Below the pieces are notes generated by a model, which had not been told where the DNA came from, did no database searches, and saw only the letters and a list, made by a program, of their open reading frames with translations. Source: Antedon mediterranea (lineage: Eukaryota > Animalia > Echinodermata). From it: 64,000 nt of DNA. Numbering within the stretch: the stretch's first letter is position 1; every line of letters begins with the position of its first letter. Position numbers and translations under genes: made by a program. This document shows positions 37,787-50,362 of this stretch, one piece after another. The stretch lies in contig NC_092676.1 in the NCBI RefSeq assembly GCF_964355755.1, forward strand, positions 3,511,888 through 3,575,887. The letters run 5' to 3'.

Positions 37787-39307
37787 ATGGCTCATTCTCA
37801 ATATTGGAGATTGCTGTTCTTCAAGTTTCTGATTATATTTCATATATCTCACTGTTGTCATGCGCAGTACTACAATTTTACAGAACATCCACAATCGGTT
37901 CTCGTTGCAGACGGACAAACTACAACGCTATTGTGTGAATGGACACCACCATTGAATAACAACCATCTCGTAACATGGACATACGATCGTGTTAATAGTC
38001 CTAAACGAATTGAAATTTCAGATACAAAATACGCATTAATGAACGAAGCAACATCTTCAAGTCTTTCCATTTCTAATGTTGGCTCTGGTGACGTAGGCAA
38101 CTACATTTGTGAGATCTTCGAATGTGATTCATACAACAGTGTCTCATCTTCTACATTTGCTTCTCTAGTATTAGGAGAATTGATATGTAATCCGGAGAAT
38201 ATTGTTGATATAGGAACAACGCTGATATGCTCCTTCACCTCTTCTGATAATTCATATATTATTAATTTACTATGGTATAACAACGGAAAACAAATAACTT
38301 CGGGACAACAACAAAACAATGATTTAGAATCAACGGCTCTGACTGCCGAAGACGAGGGAGGTCTATTTACTTGTAAAGCCACTATCGGATTCCAAAGTCA
38401 AGCGACAGGAACTTGTGAAACTACTCCGCTAGTATTTCCTATAGATGCAGAGATTGAACAATCACCGCCAGGTCCACTTCAGGTTGGCGATAGCTTTAAT
38501 CTTACCTGCTCAGGAAAAGGTAATCCTGAAAATTATAATTACGAATGGACTTTGAATAACAACCCAGTAGAATCTATGACAGATAGTCGATTTGCAATTG
38601 GCAATGTGGTTATTGTGAATACTGTATCAGGCAGTGACAATGGCAAAATGGTTTCCTGTACTATTAGTAGTAGTGGCTACAGCAGTATAGCGAGCTATAC
38701 AATAAACATTTTGGATCAGATGTCGAGTACAACTACAAGTATGTCGATACCAGATAAGCCTACACGTACACAAAAACCAATTACGGTCAGACTATCAACA
38801 CATGATGTCCCGGATGATATTTCAACAACAGTAATGACTACACGTTTACAGTCGACACTAGATACACGACGTACGCCAACATCAATTACACATCAACTAT
38901 CAACACATAATGTCTCGGAAGACGTTTCCACAACAATAGACCTAGCGAATACACGTCTACACACAACACCTGTTACTGTAACGCGTTCTATTACAGAAAT
39001 CCTAACGGTTGTAATTATCGTAGTTACAATTTTACTGGTCGTTTCTTTGATAATAATAATAAGTTTGTGTGTTTATATGCAAAAAAGAAAAAAGAAAAAC
39101 ACAACTCCTTCAAATCGACTGTCAAATAATCTCGAGCACGTTTACGATTACATTATGTTATCGAGCGCACACGTGACCTCGACAGCCAGTGACACTAAGT
39201 ATGATTATGTCATACACCCATTCACACGCAATACGGAGGAATCCACTCCTGAGTACCTTGAATTGGACGATGGTTTCCAAGATGGCGCACCAAAAATTTA
39301 TATCTAA
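37787..39307 (+). CDS. G9: intact single-exon IgSF receptor, 506 aa, short class C tail
   Basis: Full ORF; tail HVYDYI, KYDYVI, EYLEL. Confidence 0.9.
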   Translation: MAHSQYWRLLFFKFLIIFHISHCCHAQYYNFTEHPQSVLVADGQTTTLLCEWTPPLNNNHLVTWTYDRVNSPKRIEISDTKYALMNEATSSSLSISNVGSGDVGNYICEIFECDSYNSVSSSTFASLVLGELICNPENIVDIGTTLICSFTSSDNSYIINLLWYNNGKQITSGQQQNNDLESTALTAEDEGGLFTCKATIGFQSQATGTCETTPLVFPIDAEIEQSPPGPLQVGDSFNLTCSGKGNPENYNYEWTLNNNPVESMTDSRFAIGNVVIVNTVSGSDNGKMVSCTISSSGYSSIASYTINILDQMSSTTTSMSIPDKPTRTQKPITVRLSTHDVPDDISTTVMTTRLQSTLDTRRTPTSITHQLSTHNVSEDVSTTIDLANTRLHTTPVTVTRSITEILTVVIIVVTILLVVSLIIIISLCVYMQKRKKKNTTPSNRLSNNLEHVYDYIMLSSAHVTSTASDTKYDYVIHPFTRNTEESTPEYLELDDGFQDGAPKIYI

Positions 39308-41104
39308 AGCAAACGTTAGAAGTATACAGTATGGAACTTAATCAAGTTAATCAATCATTGTATAGAAAGCACTATCCCACAGAGGTCTTGTTTAACATAT
39401 ACATTTAACAAGATACATTTTCGAAGAAAAACAAGTACATTGTAATTCTCATTATACGAAGGACAAACTGGAAACTGCACCATGGATCTAGTTTAAGTTT
39501 TAAAAAGGATATGCTTTTAAATAAATTGTTATATAATATTACAACATTTATTGTATATAAACCACTACCACCACCATGGTCTAATATAAATCTAAATAAA
39601 TAAATAAGTGTACAGTTATATACATTAAAAAAAAAGTAAACTTTAGGCCGTTATAGCAAAACATTGTAAGCTTGTATAGACGCAACAAAAGCGAGTGACA
39701 GTTCGAATAATACATTGCTTATGATTGATCAAATCGCTTACGTTGCTTTACGTCCTTGTGTTGCGTCTCTAGTGGGAACCAAGCATTAGGGGAAAATGTA
39801 CGCAATAGTAGTACAAAAATTATATATTATTTAAGGAAGCAATATAGATGAACAGATTATGGTTAAATAACATAGTATAAAATGACTCTAAGTAACGAGA
39901 GGAAAGCCATGATTCAAAGTTGATATTTATTTGATCATCATCAGGAGTCGATGATCAAATAAAGATTGAAACGTTGAACCATGGTTTGCATCTCCTTATT
40001 ATTTAAGGAAACAATAACACTAGATTATTAACGAGCAATACGACAAGAATAACACAGAAATTAGGAAGGCAGGAAGTTTTACGAAACTTGTTTAAAATGT
40101 ATTGATTTATCAAGTTGTCCGGTATCGTGTTTTGTTTTCACTTTCGTAGATGTTTCAAAGTGTACAATGAACGAACAAAATAATGCCAGTGAATTATCTA
40201 ATATATCAACATATTATTGGTTAAGGAAACGAATTATAATAATATATAAGTACCTTAAATTATATAAGGAATACAAACTTACATTGACTACAAAGTTTAA
40301 TGGTTCACAATTGGACTATGTTATTTTATAAATGCTTAATTACATTTAATATACATTTGTTAAAACTATCGAAATCGGTTATCGTTGCAAAAAGACAAAC
40401 AATTATCGTATGAATGTAAACCAAAATTGTATGCAAACGATGTACTGAAAATATGCTTGGTATTATAGATGGAGTGGTAAACTATTTATAAATTCAGAAA
40501 CAAAGTAAACATAAATCTATGTATATGTTTCCATCTAATTGTAGCCTTAAATTAATCTAGTCAAACTAAGTGTTCACTGTTTACAAAACAAAGTAGTGGC
40601 CAATATGGGGTTATGGGTTACACATTTACTGTCATTACACCTAGAGGTCTAGTTCTGCAGCCAAATCTTGTTCTTTAGTTTAAAAAATCAAATCGTAAAC
40701 CAACTAAGAGAAGACAGACATTTAATCAGTAATTGTATCTTTTCATAAACGAACAATATTATGTCTTTCTACATATGTTTAAATCAATAGTATGTTTAAA
40801 TTACTGTATTTGACAATGCAGTGTTAATGTTCAGAATTGTGTAATTCTTATTCTTGTCAGCATTTATCAGGTATTCCTGTCGTGTGTGGCAGCAGACGGC
40901 AACTTACATAAAAAGAAACAGAAATGTTAGAACGTTTTAGTTCTAAGTTACTCTAGGGGGCGGTATGCATTATTTTAAAATAACTTTATACAGGTTACGT
41001 ATCGTTAAATGTGGTATACAATTCTGGACATTTTTTATTCGTATAATCTTGAATTTTATAAGTAAGTAAATCGATCCCGGAACTTAACCGTCGCAGTGTT
41101 TATA

Positions 41105-43018
41105 ATGGCTCGTCATCAATATTGTACATTGCTGTTGTACAAGTACCTGGTTATATTGTATAGTATTTTTCACTGCTGTTGTGCACAATCCTATACTTTT
41201 ACAAAAAAACCTCAACCTGTTCTTGTTGGACATGGACAAACAGCAACGCTATCGTGTGAATGGACACCAGCATTGAATGAAAACCATGATGTTGAATGGA
41301 CATACTATCCTGTTGGTAGAACGGGTCAAGTAATTGAAAGTTCAACGTCAAAATACACTTTGACAAAAGGTACAACATTTTCAAGGCTTTCCATTTTTAA
41401 TGTTGATTCTAATGATGTAGGAACATACGTGTGTCGTATCTCCGAAGGTGATGGTGTATATAGTTACAGTGAAACTACTTATGTAGTGCTAGGAGTGTTA
41501 ACGTGCAATCCAGAATATGATAATGGTGACATAGGAACAACGATGACATGTTCTTATACTTCATCTTATGCTGCATATTTTATTGATTTACTATGGTATA
41601 AAGATGGAAATGAAATAACTTCAGCAGCACAACGAAATAATATCAAAGAATCAAGGACTTTGACTAGTGAAGACGATGGAGCTGCATTTACTTGTACAGC
41701 GAGACTCGCTACACATGACAATTTGGAGGTAGGAACTTGTGAAACTACTCCTCTAATATTGAATATAGATGCGGAGATTGAACAATCTCCGCCAGGTACA
41801 CTTCAGGTTGGTGATAGCTTTAATCTTACCTGCTCAGGGAAAGGTAATCCTGATTATTATAATTTTGCATGGACGTGGAATGGTAAACCTGTAGGATCGT
41901 CGACATGTAAAAATATATTTGGAATAGGCCACGTGCTTACTGTTTTGGGTGCAACAAGCAATGTGAATGGCATAAACGCTACTTGCACTATTAGTCGTGA
42001 TAGTCGCAACAGCAGTACAACGACCTATACAATAAATACAGTTTTCGTAAATGTGACCTCTACAACGACACATTCACACACGACACCAGGTACACATACG
42101 CAAAAGGCAAGTATATATAACCTATCAGAAACTACTAGACTAAAGATTGTCATTGGAGCCGTTTCAGTAGCGTTTGTGATTTCGACGACAGGAAATATAA
42201 TTTTCTTTTTAAGGAAAAGGCGCCAAAAAACTAAACGAATAAGCCTGCAATTAAAGTCAATGAATGACATTGAACAAAAGACTGCAGATTCTGACGTTCA
42301 TGAAAACTTGGTGACAGTTTTGACTGTTGATAAGTTTGGGATTTCAAAAGAGTCAAACGCAGAAGACAATTTAACCACTATGTCATGTGATAAACGTACA
42401 CTGGCAGCACGTGACCAATTACAAGACAACGTTGATTATGATTGTGTGGCATCAGACGACAATCGAAGCACTGACATTACAGTAAACAGCAACAATGAAT
42501 GCCATGATTCGGCATTAGTAGACATTCACAACGATGAAATGACATCTGAAACAGGCAGTGAATATGAGTATGATTATGTGGAGACATCAGGCATAGGGGC
42601 CACAGAGAATAACGGCACTGCAGAATACCTTGAGGTTGTCGATGACAACGCTGATGACGATCCCAGAAGAAATGCACTAAAAACAGAAAATACTAGGCCT
42701 ACAGCTGGCGAGTACAATGATGTTTCAATGTCACAAACTTATATTTCCATAAATACTAGAACCAATGATAAAGAAACTGAGTACAAAAACAGTAAATTAC
42801 ATTGTCAGAAAGATTTCCCGACTTCTGACAACTCAAAGACCAAGTCCGAAAGTGTTAAATTATCACAGAGATCAAGAAGATATGGAAAAACCATTTCAGA
42901 TAATCGCGAAGATGACGTCACCAATGTGCATGCGAGTAAATTTGAAGTACGTGATACAAACGACGTATACGAAAATGCATCGGTACGCAGAAAAGCAGCG
43001 AAGTGTGCTAAGAAATAG
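41105..43018 (+). CDS. G10: intact single-exon IgSF receptor, 637 aa, class A' tail
   Basis: Full ORF; Ig1 resembles G4; distinct TM (IVIGAVSVAFVISTTGNIIFFL) and proximal tail; distal tail class A. Confidence 0.92.
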   Translation: MARHQYCTLLLYKYLVILYSIFHCCCAQSYTFTKKPQPVLVGHGQTATLSCEWTPALNENHDVEWTYYPVGRTGQVIESSTSKYTLTKGTTFSRLSIFNVDSNDVGTYVCRISEGDGVYSYSETTYVVLGVLTCNPEYDNGDIGTTMTCSYTSSYAAYFIDLLWYKDGNEITSAAQRNNIKESRTLTSEDDGAAFTCTARLATHDNLEVGTCETTPLILNIDAEIEQSPPGTLQVGDSFNLTCSGKGNPDYYNFAWTWNGKPVGSSTCKNIFGIGHVLTVLGATSNVNGINATCTISRDSRNSSTTTYTINTVFVNVTSTTTHSHTTPGTHTQKASIYNLSETTRLKIVIGAVSVAFVISTTGNIIFFLRKRRQKTKRISLQLKSMNDIEQKTADSDVHENLVTVLTVDKFGISKESNAEDNLTTMSCDKRTLAARDQLQDNVDYDCVASDDNRSTDITVNSNNECHDSALVDIHNDEMTSETGSEYEYDYVETSGIGATENNGTAEYLEVVDDNADDDPRRNALKTENTRPTAGEYNDVSMSQTYISINTRTNDKETEYKNSKLHCQKDFPTSDNSKTKSESVKLSQRSRRYGKTISDNREDDVTNVHASKFEVRDTNDVYENASVRRKAAKCAKK

Positions 43019-44142
43019 AAGAAGAATAACAGAAACAAACGTACAGAATATTCATACAAAAACCAACAATGAAAACTGCACTAACGCATATTATCACAAA
43101 GACTTGTTTATGAATGTTTAATCTATTAAGGCTTTTATTATGTGAAATTGTTATCTGTTATTATTGTCCCCAACACGTACAGGGGTGTGACTTATTCTTT
43201 TACGTATTCTAAGACTAGTATGGGCCATGATAGTTCCATGGTAAGAGAAATAGAAAAGTAGGCTAAATATATAAGTCAATATCTTGAAATATTTAATTTT
43301 GTTTAAGGAAGTAAATAAAAAAATATTATATTAGAAATAATCAACTCTGAAATGAACATTAACCAGAAAAGAGAATGGTAGGAAGTATTAACAGATGGAT
43401 AGCAAGAATTCAAATCGTACAGAAAACAGGAAAGAAAAACAGAATAAAGTTCATCGACAACTTATCCTTATTTGGCATGAAATAAACAACAATAAAAGAT
43501 CAATATATGCCAGTACACGTGATCGTCCAAAATGGTTTTTCCATGATGTTTCTATATAAAACTACGATTGTATACGTCATTAGATTTCTATATACATGTA
43601 ATTTAAATATTAAACTTTAAGGAACAACTATTGATCGATATTTACAGAAATTAATAATTTTGTGAATATGTATTTAATATATTTCGTATCATTTTTATAA
43701 ATATTTCTATTTATATTTTTGCTTTAAGGCTATAATTGTTTTACTACTGTAATAATTTTAGACTAGTTCAGACTTATGTTTTTCTTAAAAGAATAAATAA
43801 AAAGTTTCAGATATCACAAATGTGTGAAGGAATACGTTTAAAATGGTAACGTACCGTAATGTAAATGTATATTATCTTATTTCATAAAGGATAAAAAAAA
43901 TATATTTCATTGAATATGTAATTAATTGTTGCTGTAATTGCTTATTATTATAAGAAAGCTATCAAATTAAACTTAATTTATTTCAAATGCTATTGTACTA
44001 TTGTTTGTTGATTAAGCAACAAATGATTGGAAAGAGCAGCAGTTGATATCAACGTTAACGATAATGAGAAAGTTGTAACAGAATAGTGACTAGGAAGACT
44101 TTATGAAAAGCAAGAGATATAAATTTCATACAGTATTTCTAA

Positions 44143-45680
44143 CGCGGCTTCTGTACTGCTAGGAGAATTAACATGCAATCCAGAATATGATAATGGTGAA
44201 ATAGGAACAATGGTGACATGTTCTTATCCTTCTTCTTATACTGCAAATGATATTGATTTACTATGGTATAAGAACGGAAGGCCATTTAATTAAAAAACAC
44301 AGCAGAATAATGTTTTAGAATCAAGGGCTTTGACTGCCGAAGACGATGGAGCTGTATTTTTATTTGTAAAGCCACCACCGGATCAAACAATCAATTGATA
44401 GGACCTTGTAACTACTCCGCTAGTATTGACTATAGATGGAGAGATTGAACAATCACCGCCAGGTCCACTTCAGGTTGGCGATAGCTTTAATCTTACCTGC
44501 TCAGAGAAAGGTAATCCTGATTATTATAATTATGAATGAACGTGGAATGGATACCCTGTAGGATCGTCCACAATGAAAGGCGATTTGCAATAGTTAATGT
44601 ACTTACTGTGAAGATTGACAATGACAATACAAAAGAAGTTACTTGTACCATTAGTCGTAGCGATCGCAAAAGCAGTACAACGAGCTATACAATAAACGTT
44701 TTGGATAACACTGTACGTTGTACACAACATCATGTCACAGATAAGCCACAAATATTGATTATTATCATTGGCGTAGTGGCAATAGTTATCGTGATTTTAA
44801 TAACTACAATTGTAATTTACTTTTTACATAAAAGGCGCAAGAAACAGGATGGCAAAAAGACAAAACCTGAAAGTGTAACATTGAAAGATCCATGGCAACA
44901 CTGATCAAGAAATTATTATTAAAACGCGCGTAGATGGCCCTCTGCGCGAAACGTTGATAACAGATTTGGCTGCAATGTCAGACACATATGGAAACTTGGA
45001 GATTGTTTACGAAGACCCTGACGTGCCGCCACACAACCAATTAACAGAAAAAGTTAAGTATGATTATGTTGCATCAGAGGAAATGACAGTTGAAAGAGAA
45101 AGCAAAAACGAGTACGACTAAGCGGCAACAACAGACACCCACAGTGCCGAGATGACAACTGAACGACACAACTATGATTATGTGGTATCAGCAGAAATCC
45201 ACAGCACAGAAAATGAATATGACGATGTAACATCAGCAGACGATCAAAATGATGAAACAGAAAATGAGTATGATTATGTGGAAACATCAGGCATAGGCGC
45301 CACAGAAAAAAAAGGCTCTGCAGAATACATTGAACTTGTTGATGACAGCGCTGATGACGATCCCAGTAAAGATTCACTAAAAACAGATAATAATACTAGG
45401 CCTACAGCTGGTGAGTACAATGATGCTTTAATGTCACAAACTTCATTTTCCATAAATACTAGAACCAAAGAGGCTGAGTACGAAAACAGTCTCAAAGATA
45501 TCACGGCGACTTCTGACAACACAAAGTACGAAAATGTTAAATTATCAATGAGATTAAGAAGAGATGGAATAACCATTTCAGATAACCGCGAAGATGACGT
45601 CTCTCTGGTGTATGCGAGTACAAGATACAAACGTAAATGCATCGGTACGCACAAAAGCAGTGAAGTCTGCTAAGAAATAG
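44143..45680 (+). pseudogene. G11: 5'-truncated, multiply disrupted receptor, class A tail
   Basis: Starts at ASVLLGELTCNPEYDNGEIG (end of Ig1); several frameshifts and stops (e.g. about 44536, 45055, 45119); fragments in ORFs 44536-44904 and 45152-45673. Confidence 0.85.
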
Positions 45681-46187
45681 AAGAAGTAAAACAGAACCAA
45701 ACGCAAGATCAAAAACAACAATGAAAACTGCACCAAACAATACATTACATTAAACACTAAACACTACAAAATTAAAGTGAAGTGAAATCTTTATCTATAT
45801 ATTTCCAAAAATACTGTTTCTATCACGTAGATGAGACTTATTTTCAGATACAAACACAAGCAATCATTACTAAATTATATTTTGAAATGTACAGTAATTA
45901 ATTGTTGGTTGTTTAAGAAAGTAAATTGAAATAAATTAGAAAGATGAATATTAACCAGAAAATGGAAGGGTAGGAAGTATTAGAAGAAAATAATTAGCAA
46001 GAATTGAAATCGTTCAGAAACGAGGGAAGAAATCAGAAAAGGCCATCAGCCAACATAAGTATCCTAATTTGGCATATTTTATGAAAGTACGTCAAAAGGT
46101 TGTATGATGGTTCTCTAAAACCTCGACTATACGTCATTAGATTTGTATGGTATAATATAGATATTCAACAATAAGCAAAAAATTAAT

Positions 46188-48477
46188 TTACCTCCGTCAA
46201 GGAGGTATATGTAATCGATCGCGTGTGTTTGTCTGTTTGTTTGTTTGTCTGTTTGTTTGTTTGTTAGCAGGATTACTCAGTAATTACAAGATCTTTACCA
46301 AAATTATTATTATTATATTAAAAAATACAGATAGATATGTGGTCAAGGACCATTCCATTAAATGTTGAGACCTTTTGGGACCACGGTCCCAATTCTGGAC
46401 CACTTTTTAGTATACTTTTCAGACCTGCTAGTGTTAAAAAATAGGACAGAATTTTCAAAAGCCGGCGAGCAGTATTATTTATTTATTACGGTATATAAAA
46501 ATAATGTACAAAAGCAATAGCACATAGCTAATAATGTTTGTATTACAATAATATTGAAACGAAATCTATAAAAATACAACAATAAATTCGGAAAATACAA
46601 TTACAAAATTGCACAATAAGGCCTATTCACTGTAATTTACATTATTAAGAATCTTAAAATATATACACAATTTTGGAAAATACAATTGCATTTTAATTTA
46701 AAAAAAAAAAAATTTTACAGCATATCCTAAAACTATCTGCACTGTTCTTTATTTGATTATTATTATTATTATTATTAGTGTTATTATTATTATTATTATC
46801 TTTTAGAATAGGTGGCAATATTGCACAATTATTCACTAAAATATTCACAACATAAAAAATCTACAAAAATATACAACATTTCGGAAAATACAAATACAAT
46901 GCTAACTAAAAAAAAATATTAAAAATGTTTACAGTATATATTAATATTAAACGTAAACGTAATATTGCACAATCATTCATTTTTTTTTAAAATTTCATTT
47001 TTCACAGGAGGAATTTAATTTGTTTATAGTATAGGGATTCGTTGAATTTTTATATCGGTTAGTTCTTATTTTAGGTAATGTAAATTTATTGGGGTTACGT
47101 AAATCTAGATATATTAGGTCTTGCAGCAGGCAGCATAAATTATTACGATGCCTCTTTGACTTAAGGATACCTTCTCCAAATGTTAATATTAATTTTTCTT
47201 ACCGTTCAGCAAGGCTGGTAATTTTAAGTTGAGTAAAGGCCGTATCATAGCTCTCATAGTCCTGGCCAATTTCATTGGTCTGATGTTTTGTAATGCTAGA
47301 ATGCCAAACAACACATGCATACTCAGCCAGCGGTTGAATATAGAGTTGATAAATACTTATCATGTCACCAATAGGTGCACTATAGCCTCTCAATGCATAA
47401 AGAAGAAACATTCTTCTACTTGCTCTAGAAATAATAATTTTGATTTGGATATCCCAACCTAAGTTGTCTTGTAGCTCAAGACCTAATACTTTAATGCTAT
47501 GTACAGTATCAATTTTTTCACCACTTATAGTAAATTGGAGGTAGTTTATTTGGGATTGCATAAAATTGATATTAATAACATGGCATTTAGATGGCTTGGG
47601 TGGCATTTCATTTTGTTTACACCAACCACTCAAGGAATCTAAATGGAATTGAAGTTCTGATGATGTACTATTATTTTTTTATATTAATTATTTCTCTCAG
47701 TGTTAGATCATCCACAAATTTTCAACGATTATCAGTGGTGTTACCCGCATCATTCACCATAACGGTAAATATGCTGGGTCCCAGTTTGGTACCCTGGGGG
47801 ACTCTACACGTTATAGTTCTTAGTTCAGAACAATGTCCCTTAAATTTCACACACTGGGTGCGATTCATCAGAAAGCTGCTGATCGTTGGAATTATCGACG
47901 GTCTAAACACCAGATTCTATCATCTTTGAAATAGCAACATTATGGTTTATCCTATCAAACGCAGTTGTGAAATTAACTTACATAATGTGGCGTAGGTCCC
48001 TGGCACATCAATATTGGATATAACCGTATTCAACATATCTACTAAGTAATGTGTTGTACTAGTTCCTCTCACGTTACCATACTGTTTACAATCCAATACT
48101 GGTACGAAATCCGTTTTTAACCATCCCGCTAGGAATGATTCAAATACTCTACCCAATATTTTAGTTAGTGAAATAGGTCGTAATTGGCCAACCATTGTCG
48201 GTTTTTAACTTTAGGTACTGGTAATTGATGCGGTCTTCCACACAGTTGGACAAGTACACTGAAATTGCATTTTCTCGAGAATTACTTGTCTAAAAAACTT
48301 CATTTTTGTACAAGAGGCAAGAGTTATAATTTGTGATTTGTAATTTTAAAACATAATTTGATTTAATGTTTTTTGATGCCAGTAGTTTAAAAACCCTATT
48401 TCTTTTCAAATTCACTTGAATAAATCTTATGTAGGAGAATTTTACAGTAGACGGACTCTCGGAGTGGCTTTCTAGTT
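46188..48477 (+). mobile_element. Helentron-associated (HINE/DINE-like) element carrying a nested LINE fragment
   Basis: 5' hairpin ACCTCC-GTCAA-GGAGGT, (GTTT/GTCT)n microsatellite, 3' end ACTCTCGGAGTGGCTTTCTAGTT; the interval is missing at the paralogous site at about 61300-61330. Confidence 0.6.
46474..48262 (-). mobile_element. Degenerate non-LTR retrotransposon (CR1/L2-group) RT fragment
   Basis: LRPISLTKILGRVFE, QYGNVRGTSTTHYL, VPQGTKLGP, KFVDDLT (47701-47722), WCKQNEM..KPSKC, YACVVWHS; frameshifted; AT-rich 3' region toward about 46474. Confidence 0.88.
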
Positions 48478-49993
48478 ATTGATTGTTATTTACACGTTAC
48501 AAGTTTGTAATTTTGTGAATATGCATTTAATAAATAAATAGTATCAGATATTACACACGTTGGAAATTAAGCTATCTTTTTGTTGCTAATTTTTATTATA
48601 AAGTAACAAACAACTTTAACTTAATCAAGTTAATGACGGTAACATATTGAAAGTGAAACCATTAATTTGTTTTAATACTTTTTCACTATATTATTATTTA
48701 AGAAAACAATAACACTAAACCAACACGACAAGAATAACAAAGAAACAATTTGTTTTGTTATTGTTTTAACTTTAGATTTGACTTGCCTTTGGTTTAATGT
48801 TGCATTCACGCGGAAGTCGGAGCTGTTCAATTCTTAGTAGAACTGTTTATTATTTAACAAAATGGCACCTAAGTTGGGTGGCGTACATTTTATTTTACGG
48901 TAATGTAAATATAGTAGGCCTATCTTACTCCATATTGAATAACAAAAATAGATTTCATTGAATATATAATTATTTTTTTAGATTATGTAATTGATTGTTA
49001 TTATAGGAGAGGAAACAAATTTAATAATGTGGACCTTTTCAAATGTATGTTGACAAATTGAAGTATTTATTTATTAAAGTAACCGAGAGTAATATTAATG
49101 ACAAAAAATGATAAAGATTTTGGGAACTACATTATAAATTGTGAAGGTTACATCTTGGTGCATTCAATCAAACACAATATGGGTTTTGTTATTACAAAAA
49201 AACAAAGAAAGTTCCTAATACTTTTACACTGCAGGCCTACATTTAGAAAATTGCCAAAATAACTGTCTTAAAATGGACTTTGTTTAAAAGATATATAGAG
49301 AAAAGGAACAAATAATAAAATAATAATTTTTCTTATGTATTGATCAGTAACCCAACATATATCTACAGTAATATTCATTAGTTAGACAACAATATCTAAA
49401 TTCAAATAGACTAAAAATAAAACCTTAAGAACGAATTTATAAAATATATATAATAACATGATTAACAACCTAATGAACGGAAGAAAAAACAAACAACAAA
49501 CTAACTAAACATAGCCTATATGGATGAAAAATAAATGAAAAGACATCCGTAATGATTAACATAAAAATCTCCGAAATGTTTTAATGGGAAAATCATATGT
49601 ATGTAAGAAAATTAAAATGTATTTTTCAAATATGATATTTTAATTATAGTGTGCTAAGTGAAGACCCCTTTATTTCAATTCAAGTAGTGGTGATTATTAT
49701 ATTTAATATATAATAATTACGACCTCTAGAGGAAGCAAAGGAGGGTTGGGAGCCCTCTATTTAAATTTTACAATGTTTATTTAAAAATTTTCCTTAAATT
49801 GCGGACATTTATTCAATAACTATAATAGGTTTCTATAGAACAAGAAATAAAAAATGTGAAAAGTATAAACGAACATGCGACAATAGCATTTGGATTTTTT
49901 CCTACAAAAATCGCTTACAAGTAAAAGTAGATTTCAACAATAATATATTAAAACACAGAAATACCTCCTCAGCGTTTTAGTCAAAACATTCAC

Positions 49994-50009
49994 TCTAGGG
50001 GGCGGTATA
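49994..50009 (+). promoter_or_regulatory. Conserved GC-box/CTCF-like motif (T)AGGGGGCGGTA upstream of receptor genes (representative copy)
   Basis: Copies at 1886, 14768, 18091, 40954, 49996, 56855, all in the same orientation in otherwise very AT-rich DNA. Confidence 0.4.
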
Positions 50010-50362
50010 CACCAGGAGTTTTACCTCATGTACAATAATGGAATATTATATGTTTACACAACTTTAGTGCGGATGCGCAGTTATTTCTGTATATAGCATG
50101 TGACCAGGTTTGATGTATCAATACAGTGACTATATACAGTACAGGAATCAGATCGAGTGAGTGCTTAAACGGAGTACGATTTCATAACAACGCGAGTATC
50201 GACTAACAATAAGGCTAACAATAATTATAAAACATTATTGTTTAATCATCAGAATTTACCTACGTCTATTTGTGAACGTTTTTGTTTCATCATAAATGTC
50301 TAGTTTGGAAATTGATTTAAACTGAACTAAAGTAATATTGGAAGCTCAACTAGAAACTACCA

